This document shows positions 27,240 through 46,207 of a stretch of DNA of 64,000 nucleotides, piece after piece. The translations under genes and the position numbers were made by a program. Position 1 is the stretch's first letter. Each line of letters starts with the position of its first letter. The DNA comes from the human T2T-CHM13v2.0 reference genome, Homo sapiens. The notes beneath the pieces were generated by a model, which saw only the letters and a list, made by a program, of their open reading frames with translations, was not told the origin of the DNA and made no database searches. The DNA lies in the NCBI RefSeq assembly GCF_009914755.1, contig NC_060943.1; one strand, 5' to 3'.

Positions 27240-27600
27240 TGCAATACCTCACCTCTCCATTCAGCACTACAGAGCCAGCACTACTTCGGAGGTAATAAAT
27301 GCTTCTTGTTAGTGTGCTTTGAGTCATAATCCTGGAATAACTGTGGTCGGCCTTACCCCGGGCCCCGCCCCTAGGGAAACCGCTTTCTGCCACTCCCCAA
27401 CACCCACCCCGCACCTTCACTCCAGCCCCTTTCTGCCAGAAAAGAGGGGAGTGGGGGGTTGAAGGCAGCCCACTGCGTAACCAAAAAGTGGACCCTGTCT
27501 CCTTTTTCCAGTCCACCCAACACAAGCTGGGTTGCTGAACCTTTGCAACTCAAGCACTTAGGCAACGCTGAAAAGCCGAGCTTCCTCGTGGTAAGTGGCA
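27240..27600. promoter_or_regulatory. Candidate bidirectional promoter/enhancer core
   Basis: GC box GCCCCGCCCC 27362-27371, CACCC boxes 27401-27410, outward-facing splice donors on both strands. Confidence 0.3.
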
Positions 27601-28539
27601 ATGTGGGTATATACATTCTCCTTGCAAACTGATCAGAAACAGAGCTCGGGCATGAGTCCTGTCCCGACAAGAAGAGGCAGCTGGTCTGACTAGTCCACCA
27701 CCATCCTCAGAGCCTGGACACACACAACAAGCATGTATTAAAAGAATCCATGGATTTTTTTTTTAAGTAGTGAATGACCTGGGGAGGAATAGAGGATCGG
27801 TTCCACCCCGCTCACTCAGAGCAGGAAAAGGTTTAATGCAAGAAGCAATATAGTGGTGAAGCGTTCTGCCTCATTTTGAAGTCGGCCTTTCCCACCCACA
27901 GGCCTCAGTTTACTCATCTTAAAATGGGGATGTTAACTGTACCGATTCTACCAACAAATCAGGGATTTGTTGCTAGAATTAAATATAAAAAGTAAATACC
28001 TTTAAAAATTTATCACAATGCTAACCAAGTAGTATGCGTTATCAAATAAATTAATTAGTTTAGTTGGAGAAATCAGATATGCACACAAGAAACTTAAAGG
28101 AAGATCACTAGAAGACAAGGTCATTGACGATCAAACTTTAGGGAAATGCCTTCCATTTTTGAAACCCTCCAACAAGACACATACACCTGCCCCCACCTCT
28201 ACCTCCACCAGCGCTCTGTGGCCTATATTTTGCAGAGATGTGTTATTGTCACTGTTAGTCTGATGTCCCGACAATTAAACTGCAAAGAGAAAAAGGCCAG
28301 TCATGCAGAAATCCAACAGCCTGGCCTCTGGGATCCGCCCACCCTAGCAATGGGTCCAGGTGGGAGATGGGTCATGGAGATATGGCTGGCCCAGGTCAGG
28401 CAGTTGAAATGGAAGTTGAGAGCCTCCAGGCTCCAGAAGGCACCAGAGAGAGAAGCAAAGTCAAACTCCCCATGAAGACACACAGTTCAGTGGGGAAAGA
28501 GTAGACTGTGAAACGCATAGAAAAAGACACTGGGCATTA

Positions 28540-29350
28540 GTTGCTATCAGTACATTCCTCCCTAATCAATCAGCTTTATTGTGACGCCTCTAGCTCGGCT
28601 CATAAGGCCTCAGCTCATAAGGCCGGAAAGCCGCTTCGGCAGCAGTTTAAAATGTTTCCAGTTTAATAATCCCTGCTAATTGAAAGCAGCTCAGAAAAGC
28701 GGGGAAGATGGGGGTTGGAAGCAAACCAGCACCGTTTATGGCAACAGTGCTGTTCCTAGGGGAAACAAAATAACCTTTGATGCTGCAGGGGGAACCTGCC
28801 TCCCCGTCCCCAAACAAACTAATTCCCACAACTGTCTTCTTTGGCACGAGAGCTGTTTCTTCTTACGTTTTAATTGTATAATGTTATAGCAGCCGAATTG
28901 CTGTGAAATCTGTTTTTAATCTGTGGCCCCCTGCTGCAAAAACTGGATTATTTTTTCTTCAACAGAGAATTACATTCATTGTTATAATTGTTCTTTCCTT
29001 TCAAATCACCTAATATGACAAATGCTGGACAACCTTACAGCTCATCTGCTGAAGAGTGTCTTTATGAGTTGAGGCTTCAATGCTTTCATGGAGAAATTGC
29101 CTGATTTAAGTAAATCATGTCACTTTCACCCTTGCAATCGTATTTGTTTCAGACGTCTGCTGACCTAACCTGCAGAGCAAAAACAAAACACGTTTACATT
29201 TCTAGGCTGAGATATTTAGTTCAAACGATGTACAAATAGGTCATAATGAAAAGTAATTTTAGTACACGGCAAAGGTATCATTTAAGTATACTTTTGACAG
29301 TTTTTACACATACATAATTATTCCAGTATTGTAATTTAAATGGATAAAAG
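28540..29350. promoter_or_regulatory. Candidate conserved non-coding enhancer (PBX/HOX/MEIS motifs)
   Basis: ATCAATCA 28565-28572, TTTATTG 28575, TTTATGG 28735, palindrome TGATTTA-AG-TAAATCA 29102-29117 followed by TGTCA. Confidence 0.45.
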
Positions 29351-29524
29351 ACAGATCTTAGCACAAAAGCCTCCATCCTGGTTTCTCGGAATTCCCTGGC
29401 AGAGCTACAGTTGGGGACATGGATATAGAAGAAGGATGTCATGTGTCTGATGTACCATGAATCAGCTGGGCTCAACCTTCACCCTTTGGATCCATGCAAA
29501 CCTACCCTAGAAGGTGGATCCAGA

Positions 29525-29750
29525 CACCTAGATCTTTTTTTTTTTTTTTTTGGTATTTTCTTTTTATTTTTGTGAATACACAGCAGGTGTATATGTTTAT
29601 GGGGTATATGAGATATTTTGGTATAGGCATGTAATGCATAATAATCACATAATGGAAAACCCATCCCCTCAAGTATTTATCCTTTGTGTTACAAGCAATC
29701 CAATTATACGCTTTTAGTTATTTTTAAATGTACAATTAAATTATTATTGA
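29525..29750 (-). mobile_element. L1MA 3' end fragment
   Basis: Poly-T, then GGTGTATATGTTTATGGGGTATATGAG...CCATCCCCTCAAG. Confidence 0.88.
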
Positions 29751-29787
29751 TAGGTCGGACAAACACAGCCTGGGTGACCTGGTCCTG

Positions 29788-30139
29788 CTGTGTCCCCACC
29801 CAAATCTCATCTTGAATTGTAGTTCCCATAATTCCCACATGTTATGGGAGGGACCCACTGGGAGATAATTGAATCATGGAGGGGTTCCCTTTTAGTGTTC
29901 TCATGGTAGTGAATAAGTCTCACAAGATCTGATGGTTGTATGAGGGGAAACCCCTTTCGTTTGGCTCTCATTCTCTTCTCTCTTGTCTGCTGCCATGTAA
30001 GATGTGCCTTTCACCTTCCACCATGATTGTGAAGTCTCCCCAGCCATGTGGAACTGTGAGTCCATTAAACCTTTTTTTCCTTATAAATTGCGCAGTCTCG
30101 GGTACGTCTTTACGAGCAGTGTGAAAACAGACTAATACA
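29788..30139 (+). mobile_element. THE1 (ERVL-MaLR) solo LTR
   Basis: GTGTCCCCACCCAAATCTCATCTTGAATTGTAG...GGAACTGTGAGTCCATTAAACC...CAGACTAATACA. Confidence 0.93.
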
Positions 30140-30762
30140 CCAAGCATCCACCTGCGGCCACAAGAGGATGGCTTTGTATTGAGAGACATGATATGTAAGT
30201 AGCAACAGAAGTGTAAATCTGAGTATTCCTCCTCCCCTCCAGAAAGACTTGAAACATGGAACTGGAGGGCACTGAGTTTTTTAGGGTGATTGCCAGATGT
30301 GTTGATTAGTGAATTAAACAAGGCTGCATTCACAGGAAGGCAATGTCCGACACTGAGAGGTGCCCCCCCGTCTGGGCTGGAGTAGTTCCTTTTGCAGGGA
30401 AACAAACCAGCTGAAGTATGCCTGGGAAGGAGGAAACAGGACAGTTTTCCAAGTGTCATAGCTGAACAACAGGGGAAGAAACTGGAGAAGAGAGAACTCT
30501 AGGAAATAGGCTTTCTGTCTACAAATCCCCCTGGTTAACCATTCCAGAGCCCTTGCTGCCTACTGGAACTGAGATGAGAGCTTTGCACAAGATCTTCCTC
30601 ATGCCTCACTGCATTGTCAGTTGAAGATAAGCAGGACCATGGTCCTCGGGTGACAGATGAGAAACTGAGACTTTGGGAGGGCCAATGACTCACCCAGGAT
30701 CATCTGCTATGACATGATGGAGCAAGAGTTCATACCCAGCATCTTGTTTTGATTCTCCAATC

Positions 30763-30998
30763 TCACCTAAGGTCAGGAGTTCAAGACCATCCTGGCCAAC
30801 ATGGTGAAACCCCACCTCTACTAAAAATACAAAAATCAGCTGGATGTGATGGCTCATGCCTGTAATCCTGGCTACTCAGGAGGCGGAGGCAGGAGAATCA
30901 CTTAAACCCAGGTGGTGGAGGTTGCAGTGAGCCAAGATCACACCACTGCATTCCAGCCTAGATGACAGTGACTCCGTCTCAAAAAAAAACAAAAGAAA
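30763..30998 (+). mobile_element. 5'-truncated AluS
   Basis: Alu from TCACCTAAGGTCAGGAGTTC to the A tail. Confidence 0.93.
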
Positions 30999-31044
30999 AT
31001 TACTCAGGAGACACAGCCAGTGAGAACAAAACGGGAATTATTTT

Positions 31045-31200
<156 letters not shown>

Positions 31201-32160
31201 TGACTCCATAACTTGTGGTGCCAGCCACTGTGCTGTGCTGCTGCTTCTGTGTGTATATTTATGAACCAGTTTGTCTTGAGGAATTAAGAACCCAGGTGTG
31301 CCATTCATTGTGCGTAGCAAGAAGCTTGATGCTGTTTTATCACTGAATCATCCCAACAATCCAATGAAGTTGAAATGTTTGTCCCACATATCAGAGGGGA
31401 TATTGAAGCACAGAAACTTGACCAGACCCTACTGCTAATAAACTCAGAACCGGGATCTGCCTGAGTCCCTCTGTTCTCCTGAGGATGAAGATCTGCTGTC
31501 TAAGGATGTTCACCAAGGCAGGTCTTAGGCTTAGAAGGCGACCCAGCCCCATCTGGAGCCTCCTTCCCAGCCAAGTCTGGCCTGCAGTCATTTGTCTCCA
31601 TCAGGCACAGCCATTGTTCTCCAAACTTCCTGGATCCCTCTTCCTGAAACAAAAACCTTCAGTTCCAAGGAAGCCCTCACTTTGGAGAGAACAGGAAGGC
31701 ACAGTTTCATCTTTGGCACTTCTCAGGCAATACTTCCTCACTGTCCAAGGGCAAAAATAAGGTGGATATAGCCCAAAAAAGGGACATAGTGCTCTGAGAA
31801 TTTAGCTTGGCTTGGAGAAGCCTGGGAATATGTATGCATACACACATACACATGCACACACACACACAAATACACACAAATGCACACACACACACAGAGT
31901 TTCCTATGTTCCAAAACAAACCAAACTTTATGCTTTCACCTGGTACCCTGCAGCCCTGGAGTTTTCTCACTTTCAACCTCAGACCCAAAGAGGAACAAAG
32001 AGAAAGGGAAAGAAAATGCCTTTGGGTTGAGTCCATTTGACCCTGATCCATCCAGAGGAGGTAATGAGGGCATGACAAGTTAGTGGCCAGACAGGGACAA
32101 TGATGGCACCTAATTCTCTACATAGAGCCACCCTCTATTCAGGGAACTCTCTGCTAGTCC

Positions 32161-32454
<294 letters not shown>

Positions 32455-32688
32455 TGAAGCTTAGTTTCTCTGTTATACACTATCAAAACACTGGGAGCAC
32501 ACACACATTCTAGAAGGTTGATATCATTAAATACCTCTCTTCTTCTGTCATGGTGGCAAAAAGAGAAGGAAGACATGCTTCCCTTTTACTTGGGGCTGCC
32601 ATAACAAACAAGAAACAGGTGCTCTTCAACACAGGGGAAATTCCCTGCTTGAGGAGCCTCTGGTTGTGGGTCACAGAAGCTAAATTTG

Positions 32689-33263
<575 letters not shown>

Positions 33264-33666
33264 CTACATAGGCATGCCACACTCTCTCTCAGAACCCCCT
33301 ACTGGATAACCCTATGACCTCCCCCATGTGGGAGAGAAAAAACAGAGAAATCACAAGACAGGTGGAAATATGTAGCCATTCAAGATGCATACATAAATCT
33401 GCACAATTAGAGCAAACATCACATTATATGGCAGAGTTAGTGCAAGAAACAGGAGACAAGTGCAAAGATGCTCTAGGTGTGTCCTTCCGAGACATTTCAA
33501 CTACAAAACTCTGGCAGGTAGTATAAAAGAGAAAAATCTAAAAATATTGCTTTTGGACCGAGAAATATGATTGACAAATTTTTAAATGGAGAATTAGAAG
33601 ACAAGCTCAAGAGATAGTACCAGGACTCAAAGATAAATGCAAATGAGAAAGAAATAAGAAATAGCA

Positions 33667-33955
<289 letters not shown>

Positions 33956-34149
33956 TTAAAAGGAAAGAAAAGAAGAGTGGAAAAGCAATAATTAAAAGGA
34001 AAACAGAAATCTTCCTTAGGGCACATGAATAGGGACGTCTTCAAGGTAGAAAAGGATCTCTGGGAACAAAATCCTTACCCAGAAGGAACTGATACAGGCT
34101 ATGCTTCAATTTCACACAAAAAGACAAAAGCCCTGTAAGTAACTAAGCA

Positions 34150-34510
34150 CAAAATGTAAATGAGCTGGAAGCTTCTATTAAAAGACTTAGTTTGGGTCAA
34201 AAACAAAATCCAGCTTTGAGCTATTACAGAGGAACAAACCTATAATAAAATGTTCCGAAAAGCTTTAAAAATTTATGCATTTATTCATTCAACAAATAAA
34301 TATTGAGTTTTTTCCATGTGCCAAATAAAGTGATGGGCAACGACTTACCAGGCAAACACAAACAAAAATAAATCAGAGACGATAATATTAATATTTAACA
34401 AGGTAGAGATTAAAGCAAAATGGTCAAAGTGAACATTTTTCTCTTGATCTTTGCCAGGTATACCGAGAGAAAAAAAGAAGATTTAACCAATATTATTAAC
34501 AAAATTGAAT
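34150..34510 (+). mobile_element. Ancient L1M ORF2 endonuclease N-terminal remnant
   Basis: QANTNKNKSETIILIFNKVEIKAK resembles ORF2p QANxxxKKAGVAILISDKxDFK. Confidence 0.65.
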
Positions 34511-34659
34511 ATATATATGGTATATTTACACATATATACATACACGTATACAAACCATATACCCAAAGGTCTAATACAGTATTTGAACAAAATACATTTG
34601 AATAGTATTATTAATAAACTTGAATACACACACTCACACACATACAAACATTTCAAACC

Positions 34660-34860
34660 TATACTCAAAAGTCTAATATAGTAGCCACTAACCATGAGTG
34701 GCTATTTAAATTTAGATTTTAACTAATTAAAATTAAATAAAGTAAATAATCAGTTCTTCAGACCCACTAGCCATGTTTTCTGAGTCTAGTGGGTACTCCA
34801 CCAGTCAGGGCGGGTATATAACATTTCTATTGTTGCAGACAGTTCTGCTGGACAGTGCTG
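34660..34860. mobile_element. MER3-like hAT-Charlie MITE
   Basis: TAGTAGCCACTAACCATGAGTGGCTATTTAAA...GTTCTGCTGGACAGTGCTG. Confidence 0.8.
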
Positions 34861-35128
34861 CATACACAAGGCAGTTTTTAAAATGCTACATAGCATCTAC
34901 AAAGTGTTCCTGTAATATAACATGCACAAAAGAAGGATAAACTTTTTAAAAATTTAATTGAGATTAGTAAATAAAAATCAGGATCTTAGCACAAGACGTG
35001 CTCATTGTTACTAGCGTGTCATTGTTTCTAGGACCTCTCAGCAGACAGAGCTGGGAAATACATGCACATGTACACACACATTAAATAGGCATTAATATTT
35101 ATTTCTGTATCTATAGATGATGGTAGAT

Positions 35129-35176
<48 letters not shown>
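35129..35176. repeat. (GATA)12 tetranucleotide STR
   Basis: Seen directly. Confidence 0.98.
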
Positions 35177-35237
35177 TTAAAAACTATGAGTTCATCTGCC
35201 CCTTTTGATTCCAATTCAGCACAACAAGGTACATTTC

Positions 35238-35405
35238 TTTTTTTTTTTTTTTTGAGACGGAGTCTCACTATTGTCACCCAGGCTGAAGAGCAGTGGTGCA
35301 ATCTCGGCTCAATGATGGAACCTCCGCCTTCTTGGTTCGAGCGATTCTCCCATCTTAGCCTCTGGAGCAGTGGGACTACAGGCATGTGCCACCATGCCTG
35401 GCTAA
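35238..35405 (-). mobile_element. Alu right-arm fragment inside an L1MC-type remnant
   Basis: Poly-T plus GAGACGGAGTCTCAC...GGGACTACAGGCATG. Confidence 0.9.
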
Positions 35406-35759
35406 CACTGGCTACATTTCTAACCTCCTCCTCTGCATGTTTCCCCAATAGTGAGAAACCCAGTTCCCATTATCCTCAATACATGGATTCACTTGCTCAT
35501 CCTAGAAGTCACAGAAGGTGGGTTCAAAATTCCAACCCATTACCATTGCAGGAAGGAAACCAACTGGAAGCAACACCAATGAGGAATCCGTATTTGTTTA
35601 CCACTGGTTGGTTGGTCAGTTAGTTGGTTGGTTAATTGGTTGGTTCTGCGTAGGGCTCCTTGGAGAAATAACTGAACTGGGGCAGGGAAAATCCAAGATG
35701 ACCCTGAAACAGCTTTCTGTGTCAGAAATTAAGGAAGCGCTCAAAGACTTATAAGGATT

Positions 35760-37660
<1,901 letters not shown>

Positions 37661-38059
37661 TTATTGACAGTTTTTGATTTTTTTAAGTCGAACTACTGAA
37701 TAAATTCAAGGATGAGTTTCTCAAAACAAGTCCCTGTCAAGTCTAATCAAGAAGATAAAAGAAAAAAATAATCTCTGCTGTGGCAGGATGGTGTCATCCT
37801 TATAAAAGAGTATGATAACTCCATAACAATACTTTTTAAGTAAATTCCAGACTTTATTTAGATGTCACCCACTTTTCAACTAACGTCCTTTCTCTGAACC
37901 AGAATCTTATCCAAGATGCCCCATTTCATTTAGTCACCGTGTCTCCTCAGTCTCCTCTGATCTGCGACAGTTTCTCAGTCCTGCTTTGTTTGTCATGGCC
38001 TTGGCAGTTTAGACGAATACTGGCCTGGTATTGTGAAGAATGTCCCTCAATTTCACACC

Positions 38060-38835
38060 TTCAGTTTTTAAAATCTGAATAAGATTTGCAAATTTCTTGG
38101 AAACATATGGGTTACCAAAACTGTCAATAAAAGAAATATTTAAAAATCTAAGGACAATAATACTACTAATAATAAACATAGAAGAACTGGAAAGACTGTC
38201 AAAGGACCGATTCCAAAAACAAGACACTAGATTAAAGTTTTAAGGGCAATTTCTTCCAAATGTCAAGGAATGAACAATCCCTGTGCCATTTGTTTCAGAG
38301 AAAAGAGAAAGTTGGAGATTCTCCCAGTCCATTGTTCAAAGCAAACATAATCTTGTCATCCAAACTTCCCAAAGATATAACAAAAAATAAAACCTATGAA
38401 CTAAACTCATTTGTGAATATAGACATAAACATCCCAAATAAAATATTACAACTCAGATCCAACAAGATTAAGATTTTCTTGCCCATATGCAAAATACCTC
38501 AACATTAAAAACATCTATTAACTATAATTCATTTCATCAGAAAGTCAAAGAAGGAAAATCACAGTCATCTTGATTGATGCTGAAAGGTATGAATTCAATA
38601 TCTCCTCCTGATGAAAACTCACTAAATTTAGAAGCATCTGATCTCAAAACAATACAAAATAGCTACCTCGAACCACAGACATTGTCACACATGACAGCAA
38701 AAAACCAGCATCATTTCCATTCAAGTCAGCAATGGGACAAGGGTATCTATTATCACCATTGACAATATTCCGCCTGTTCTAGGCAATTCAATATAACAAA
38801 GATAAAAAACAAAATGTGTGACTATTGGAAAGATA

Positions 38836-38870
<35 letters not shown>

Positions 38871-39735
38871 ATTTCTCAATATGCTTGTTGACCTAGAAAA
38901 CCCAAGAGAATTAACTAGAAATAAAAATTAGAAAAATCAAGAAAGCACAGTCTGGTGGCAATTTACAGAGTAAAGATAATAGATGATAGGTAGATAATAG
39001 ATAGAAAGATAGATACATAGATACATAGATAGATAAGATGCTTTCCTATTTATTCACAATGGCCAGTGAAAACTAACCATAATTAATAATGCAAAATAAT
39101 ATCATCCACAAAACAACTGGAAATCTGAATGCACAGAATACTAAACATGAAAGGTCATAGATTCCTATTAGAAAAACCAAAAATTAACAGTCTTCAAAGA
39201 AGATCTGGGTGAATGGAAAGATATATCACATTCTGATAATACTATAGACTTTTTCAATTACTTTACAAATAAATTGCGATTTCAGTCAAAATCCTTGTAG
39301 GAGAAAAACATTCATAACATTTTTAAAAAAACAAAATAGGTATTAGAAGAGGCTTACCCTACCATATATTAAAATAAATTACAGAACCATGCTGTTAAGA
39401 CAATATGGAACCCACTCAGAAAAGACAGATGTAAAAGAACATAAATAAAAATTTATCTGAGAAAAAATAATCAAAGAATATACTAAAAATATATTGAGTC
39501 CATTTATTATTAAAGAAATGTAACTCAATACAAAATAACATTTTTTGGCTTTCAAATGCACCAACAGTGGAAAAGAGTATAAAATACAATTGCTGATGAA
39601 GAAGTAGGAAACTATACACTTCCATACACTATGGATATGAGGGCAAATTTCTATAACCTTTTTGGAAAGCAACTTGGAAACATGTAAGAAAAACTTTAAA
39701 ATGTGGCATAAACTTTGATTTAGGAATTTTATGTT
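38060..39735 (+). mobile_element. Decayed L1M ORF2 fragments
   Basis: ORF 38260-38508 ...KDITKNKTYELNSFVNIDINIPNKIL resembles ORF2p [26 protein letters not shown]. Confidence 0.8.
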
Positions 39736-39747
39736 TAAAATTAGAAG

Positions 39748-41771
39748 CAGTTTTGTTTTCTTGTGATGTCCTTGTCTGGCTTTGGTATCAGGGTAAAGTT
39801 GGCCTCGTTAAAAGAGTTTGGAAGTATTTTCTCCTCTTCAATTTTTTTGGAAGAGTTTTTGGAGAATTGGTATTAGTTCTTTAAATGTTGGGCAGAATTC
39901 AACCATGAAGCCATCTGGTCCTGGGCTTTTCTTTGTTGGTTGACTTTTTTATGACTGCTTCAATCTCCTCCCTCGTTATTGGTCTGATCAGATTTTTCTA
40001 TTTCTTCATGATTTCAGGTCAGTGTGTTGTATGTCTCTAGGAATGTATCCATTGCTTCTAAGTTAACCAATTTTTTGGCATATAATTTTTTTTTTGGAGA
40101 CAGGCTGGAGTGCAGTGTCACCCAGGCTGGAGTGCAGTGGTGCAATCATGGCTCATTGTAGCCTCAACTTCCTGGGCTCAAGCCTTGAACTACAGATGTG
40201 TGCCACCATATCCAGCTAATCATTTTTTTAATAATTTTTTTTTTTTTGTAGAGGCAGAATCTCACTGTTACCCAGGCTGGCCTTGAACTCCTGAGCTCAA
40301 ATGATCCTCCCACCACAGCCTAACGAAGTGCTGGGATTACAGGCATGAATCACCATACCCAGCCAGCATATAATTATTCTAAATAGCCTCTTATGGTCCT
40401 TTGTATTTCTGTGGTGTCCCTTGTAATGTCTCCTCTTTTATTTCTGCTCTCTTTCTCTTGGTTAGTCAAGCTAAAGTTTGGTCAACCTTGTTTATCTTTT
40501 CAAAAAACTAACCCTTATTTTTATTGCTTTTGTATTGTTTTCTAGTCTCTATCTCATTTATTTCAGCTCTAATATTATTTCTTCAGCTGCTAACATTGGG
40601 CTTAGTTTGTTTTTCCTTTTCTATTTCCTTGAGGCATAACAATAAGTTGCTTATTTGCAACTCTTCTTTTTTGATGTAGGCATTTATTGTTATACACTTT
40701 CCTCTTAGAACTGCTTTGGCTGCATCCCATAAGTTTTGGTATGTTGTATTTCCCTTTTTGTTTCTTTCAAGATATTTTTAAATTTCTCTTTTAATTTCAC
40801 CATTGACCCGATGGTCGTTCAGGGGCATGCTATTTAATTCCCATGTATTTGTGAATTTTCTGAAATTCCTCTTATAACCAATTTCTAGTTTTATAACACT
40901 GTGGTCAGAAAAGATACTTGACATGATTTCAACCTTCTTAAATTTGGTAAGATTTGTCTTGTGGCATAACGTCTGATCTATCCTGGAGAATGCTCTATAC
41001 GCACTTGAGAAGAATGTGGATTCTGTTGCTATTGGATGAAATGCTCCATATATTTCTGTTAGATCCACTTGGTCTAAAGTGCCTTAGTAATTTTCTGTCT
41101 GGATAATTTGTCCATTATTGAAAGCGGTCTACTGAAGTCCCCTACTATTATCATATTGCAATCTATCTCTCCCTTCAGATTCTTTAATATGTGCTTTATA
41201 TATTTGGGTGCTCCACCATTGATGAATGGATAAAGAAAATGTGGCATATATACATGATGGAATAGTATTCAACCTTAAAAAAAACATTCTGTCATTTGCA
41301 ACAACATGGATAGAATGGCAGAACATTACATTAAGTGAAATAAGCCGAATATAGTAAGGCAAATACTGTGTGTTCTCACTTATACGTGGATTCTGAAACA
41401 ATTGAACTCATAGAAGCAGAGAGTAGAATGGTGGTTACCAGAGGCTGGGGCTGTGGGGAATGGGGAGATGATAGTCACAGAGTACAAAGCCTCAGCTAGA
41501 CAAGAGAAAGAGATTTGGTTTTTTATATCAATTGAACATCATGGTAAATACAGCTAATAATTGAGCTCTGCGCATTTCAATATAACTAAAAGAGTACATT
41601 TCCAATATTCTTATCATAAAAAATGTTAAATATTTGAGATGATAGATATGTTAATTAACTTAATTTACTCTTTCCACCGTGTATTCAAAAATCATAACAC
41701 CACTTTGTAACCCAAGAAATACATACAACTGTAATCTGTCAATATATAACAAAAATATTTTTTTAATAAAA
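39748..41771. mobile_element. 5'-inverted (twin-primed) L1MA insertion with a later AluJ (40086-40365, minus strand)
   Basis: Antisense EN-domain segment (ORF 40778-41068, SDH motif) fused near 41215 to a sense 3' end; 12-bp TSD TAAAATTAGAAG at 39736-39747 and 41772-41783. Confidence 0.85.
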
Positions 41772-41964
41772 TAAAATTAGAAGAAACCATCCACTTGACC
41801 TCATGGAATACTATGCAATCATTTAAAATTGCATCCTTGAAAGATATACTATTAAGTGGAGAGATGAGCAGCATACATTAAGTGAAAATGCATGTTAGTG
41901 ATTTTGCATAGGAGAATCCCAGGTTTATAAAGGAGCAGGCATCCAGAGAAGATGGTTAGTATAA

Positions 41965-42370
<406 letters not shown>

Positions 42371-42457
42371 CCTCCTTAGCTTTATCCCTTGCATTAGAGG
42401 GTCAGCTTCTGGACGGAAGGGTTGTTATTCATTCACTCACTCATTCATTAATTCACT

Positions 42458-42935
42458 ATGTGAGTCAGGCATGGAAGTAAACAAAGACCACCCAAATGAG
42501 AACAAGCAAAGGCTATTTATTTAGAGCTTGCTATGTCAAGAGAGTCAGCAACCATCACTCACATTTGGCAGAGACTCACAGGGAGGCAGAGAGGTGGGAA
42601 AAGTTTACAGTGGAAAAAGAGAAGGCTTCCAGTGTGCCCCGTTAGTGGGGGAAGCTGTAGGCAGCTAACTAGAAGCAGGGCATCCTATGTGATGGTTTAA
42701 GTGGGCATATTTGGCTTTCTCCATGTGAAGCTAAGTTAGAAGCAGGGACAAAAATTAGGGACACTGTCCCTAATTCAACAAGTCCCAGCCATTTAAGACC
42801 AAATGTTACAAGGGTTGTTATTTGTCATCCTGGATGGTTGCTAAAGATGGGAGTTTGACTTCTTAAATTCTTTGCTGCCGATCGTAGGTCAGAGTTCTAT
42901 CTTATATATGGTCTGGTTATTGCCCGTATATTTTG
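42458..42935 (-). mobile_element. Old solo LTR, family uncertain
   Basis: AAATGAGAACAAGCAAAGGCTATTTATT-AGAGCTTGCTAT and GGGCATATTTGGCTTTCTC motifs. Confidence 0.55.
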
Positions 42936-43223
42936 TCTCTTGTAAGCACTGGGAAAAACAATGACTTAGAAAGGTACCTGAAACCCATTGCTTGCCCTCA
43001 GGGAGATTATGATCAAACAGAAAAGACATCCTATTATTTTGGAACGTCCTGGTGACTTGTTCATGTTCAACAGTAGGGCTTCTACCTGGCACTACGAAAG
43101 CACATTGGACTTGAGCTAAAAGCCACACCCCAGCACCATGGCCTGCAAGACCCCTGAGGACTTGGCTCTTACAAGCCCCTTTTATGTCATTTCTCACTAC
43201 TCCTCCCCTCACTTGCACCTCTG

Positions 43224-45317
<2,094 letters not shown>

Positions 45318-45457
45318 CTTCCAGTGCCTCTTGGGACACATCAAGCTCTTGTCCAACTCTAAGCCTTTGAACCTGTTATTCTCCCTGCCTGGAGCACCTT
45401 CCTTCCAGATCGTCAAGGAACTAGACTCTTCCCCCACTCAATATTACTCTCAGAGGG

Positions 45458-46207
<750 letters not shown>

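Noticed and set aside
28632-28644. CGCTTCGGCAGCA, identical to part of the U6 snRNA 5' end
   Set aside because: Only 13 nt; neither flank continues the U6 sequence
40778-41068. Endonuclease-domain ORF as a functional gene
   Set aside because: Disrupted L1 ORF2 fragment within a truncated, inverted insertion
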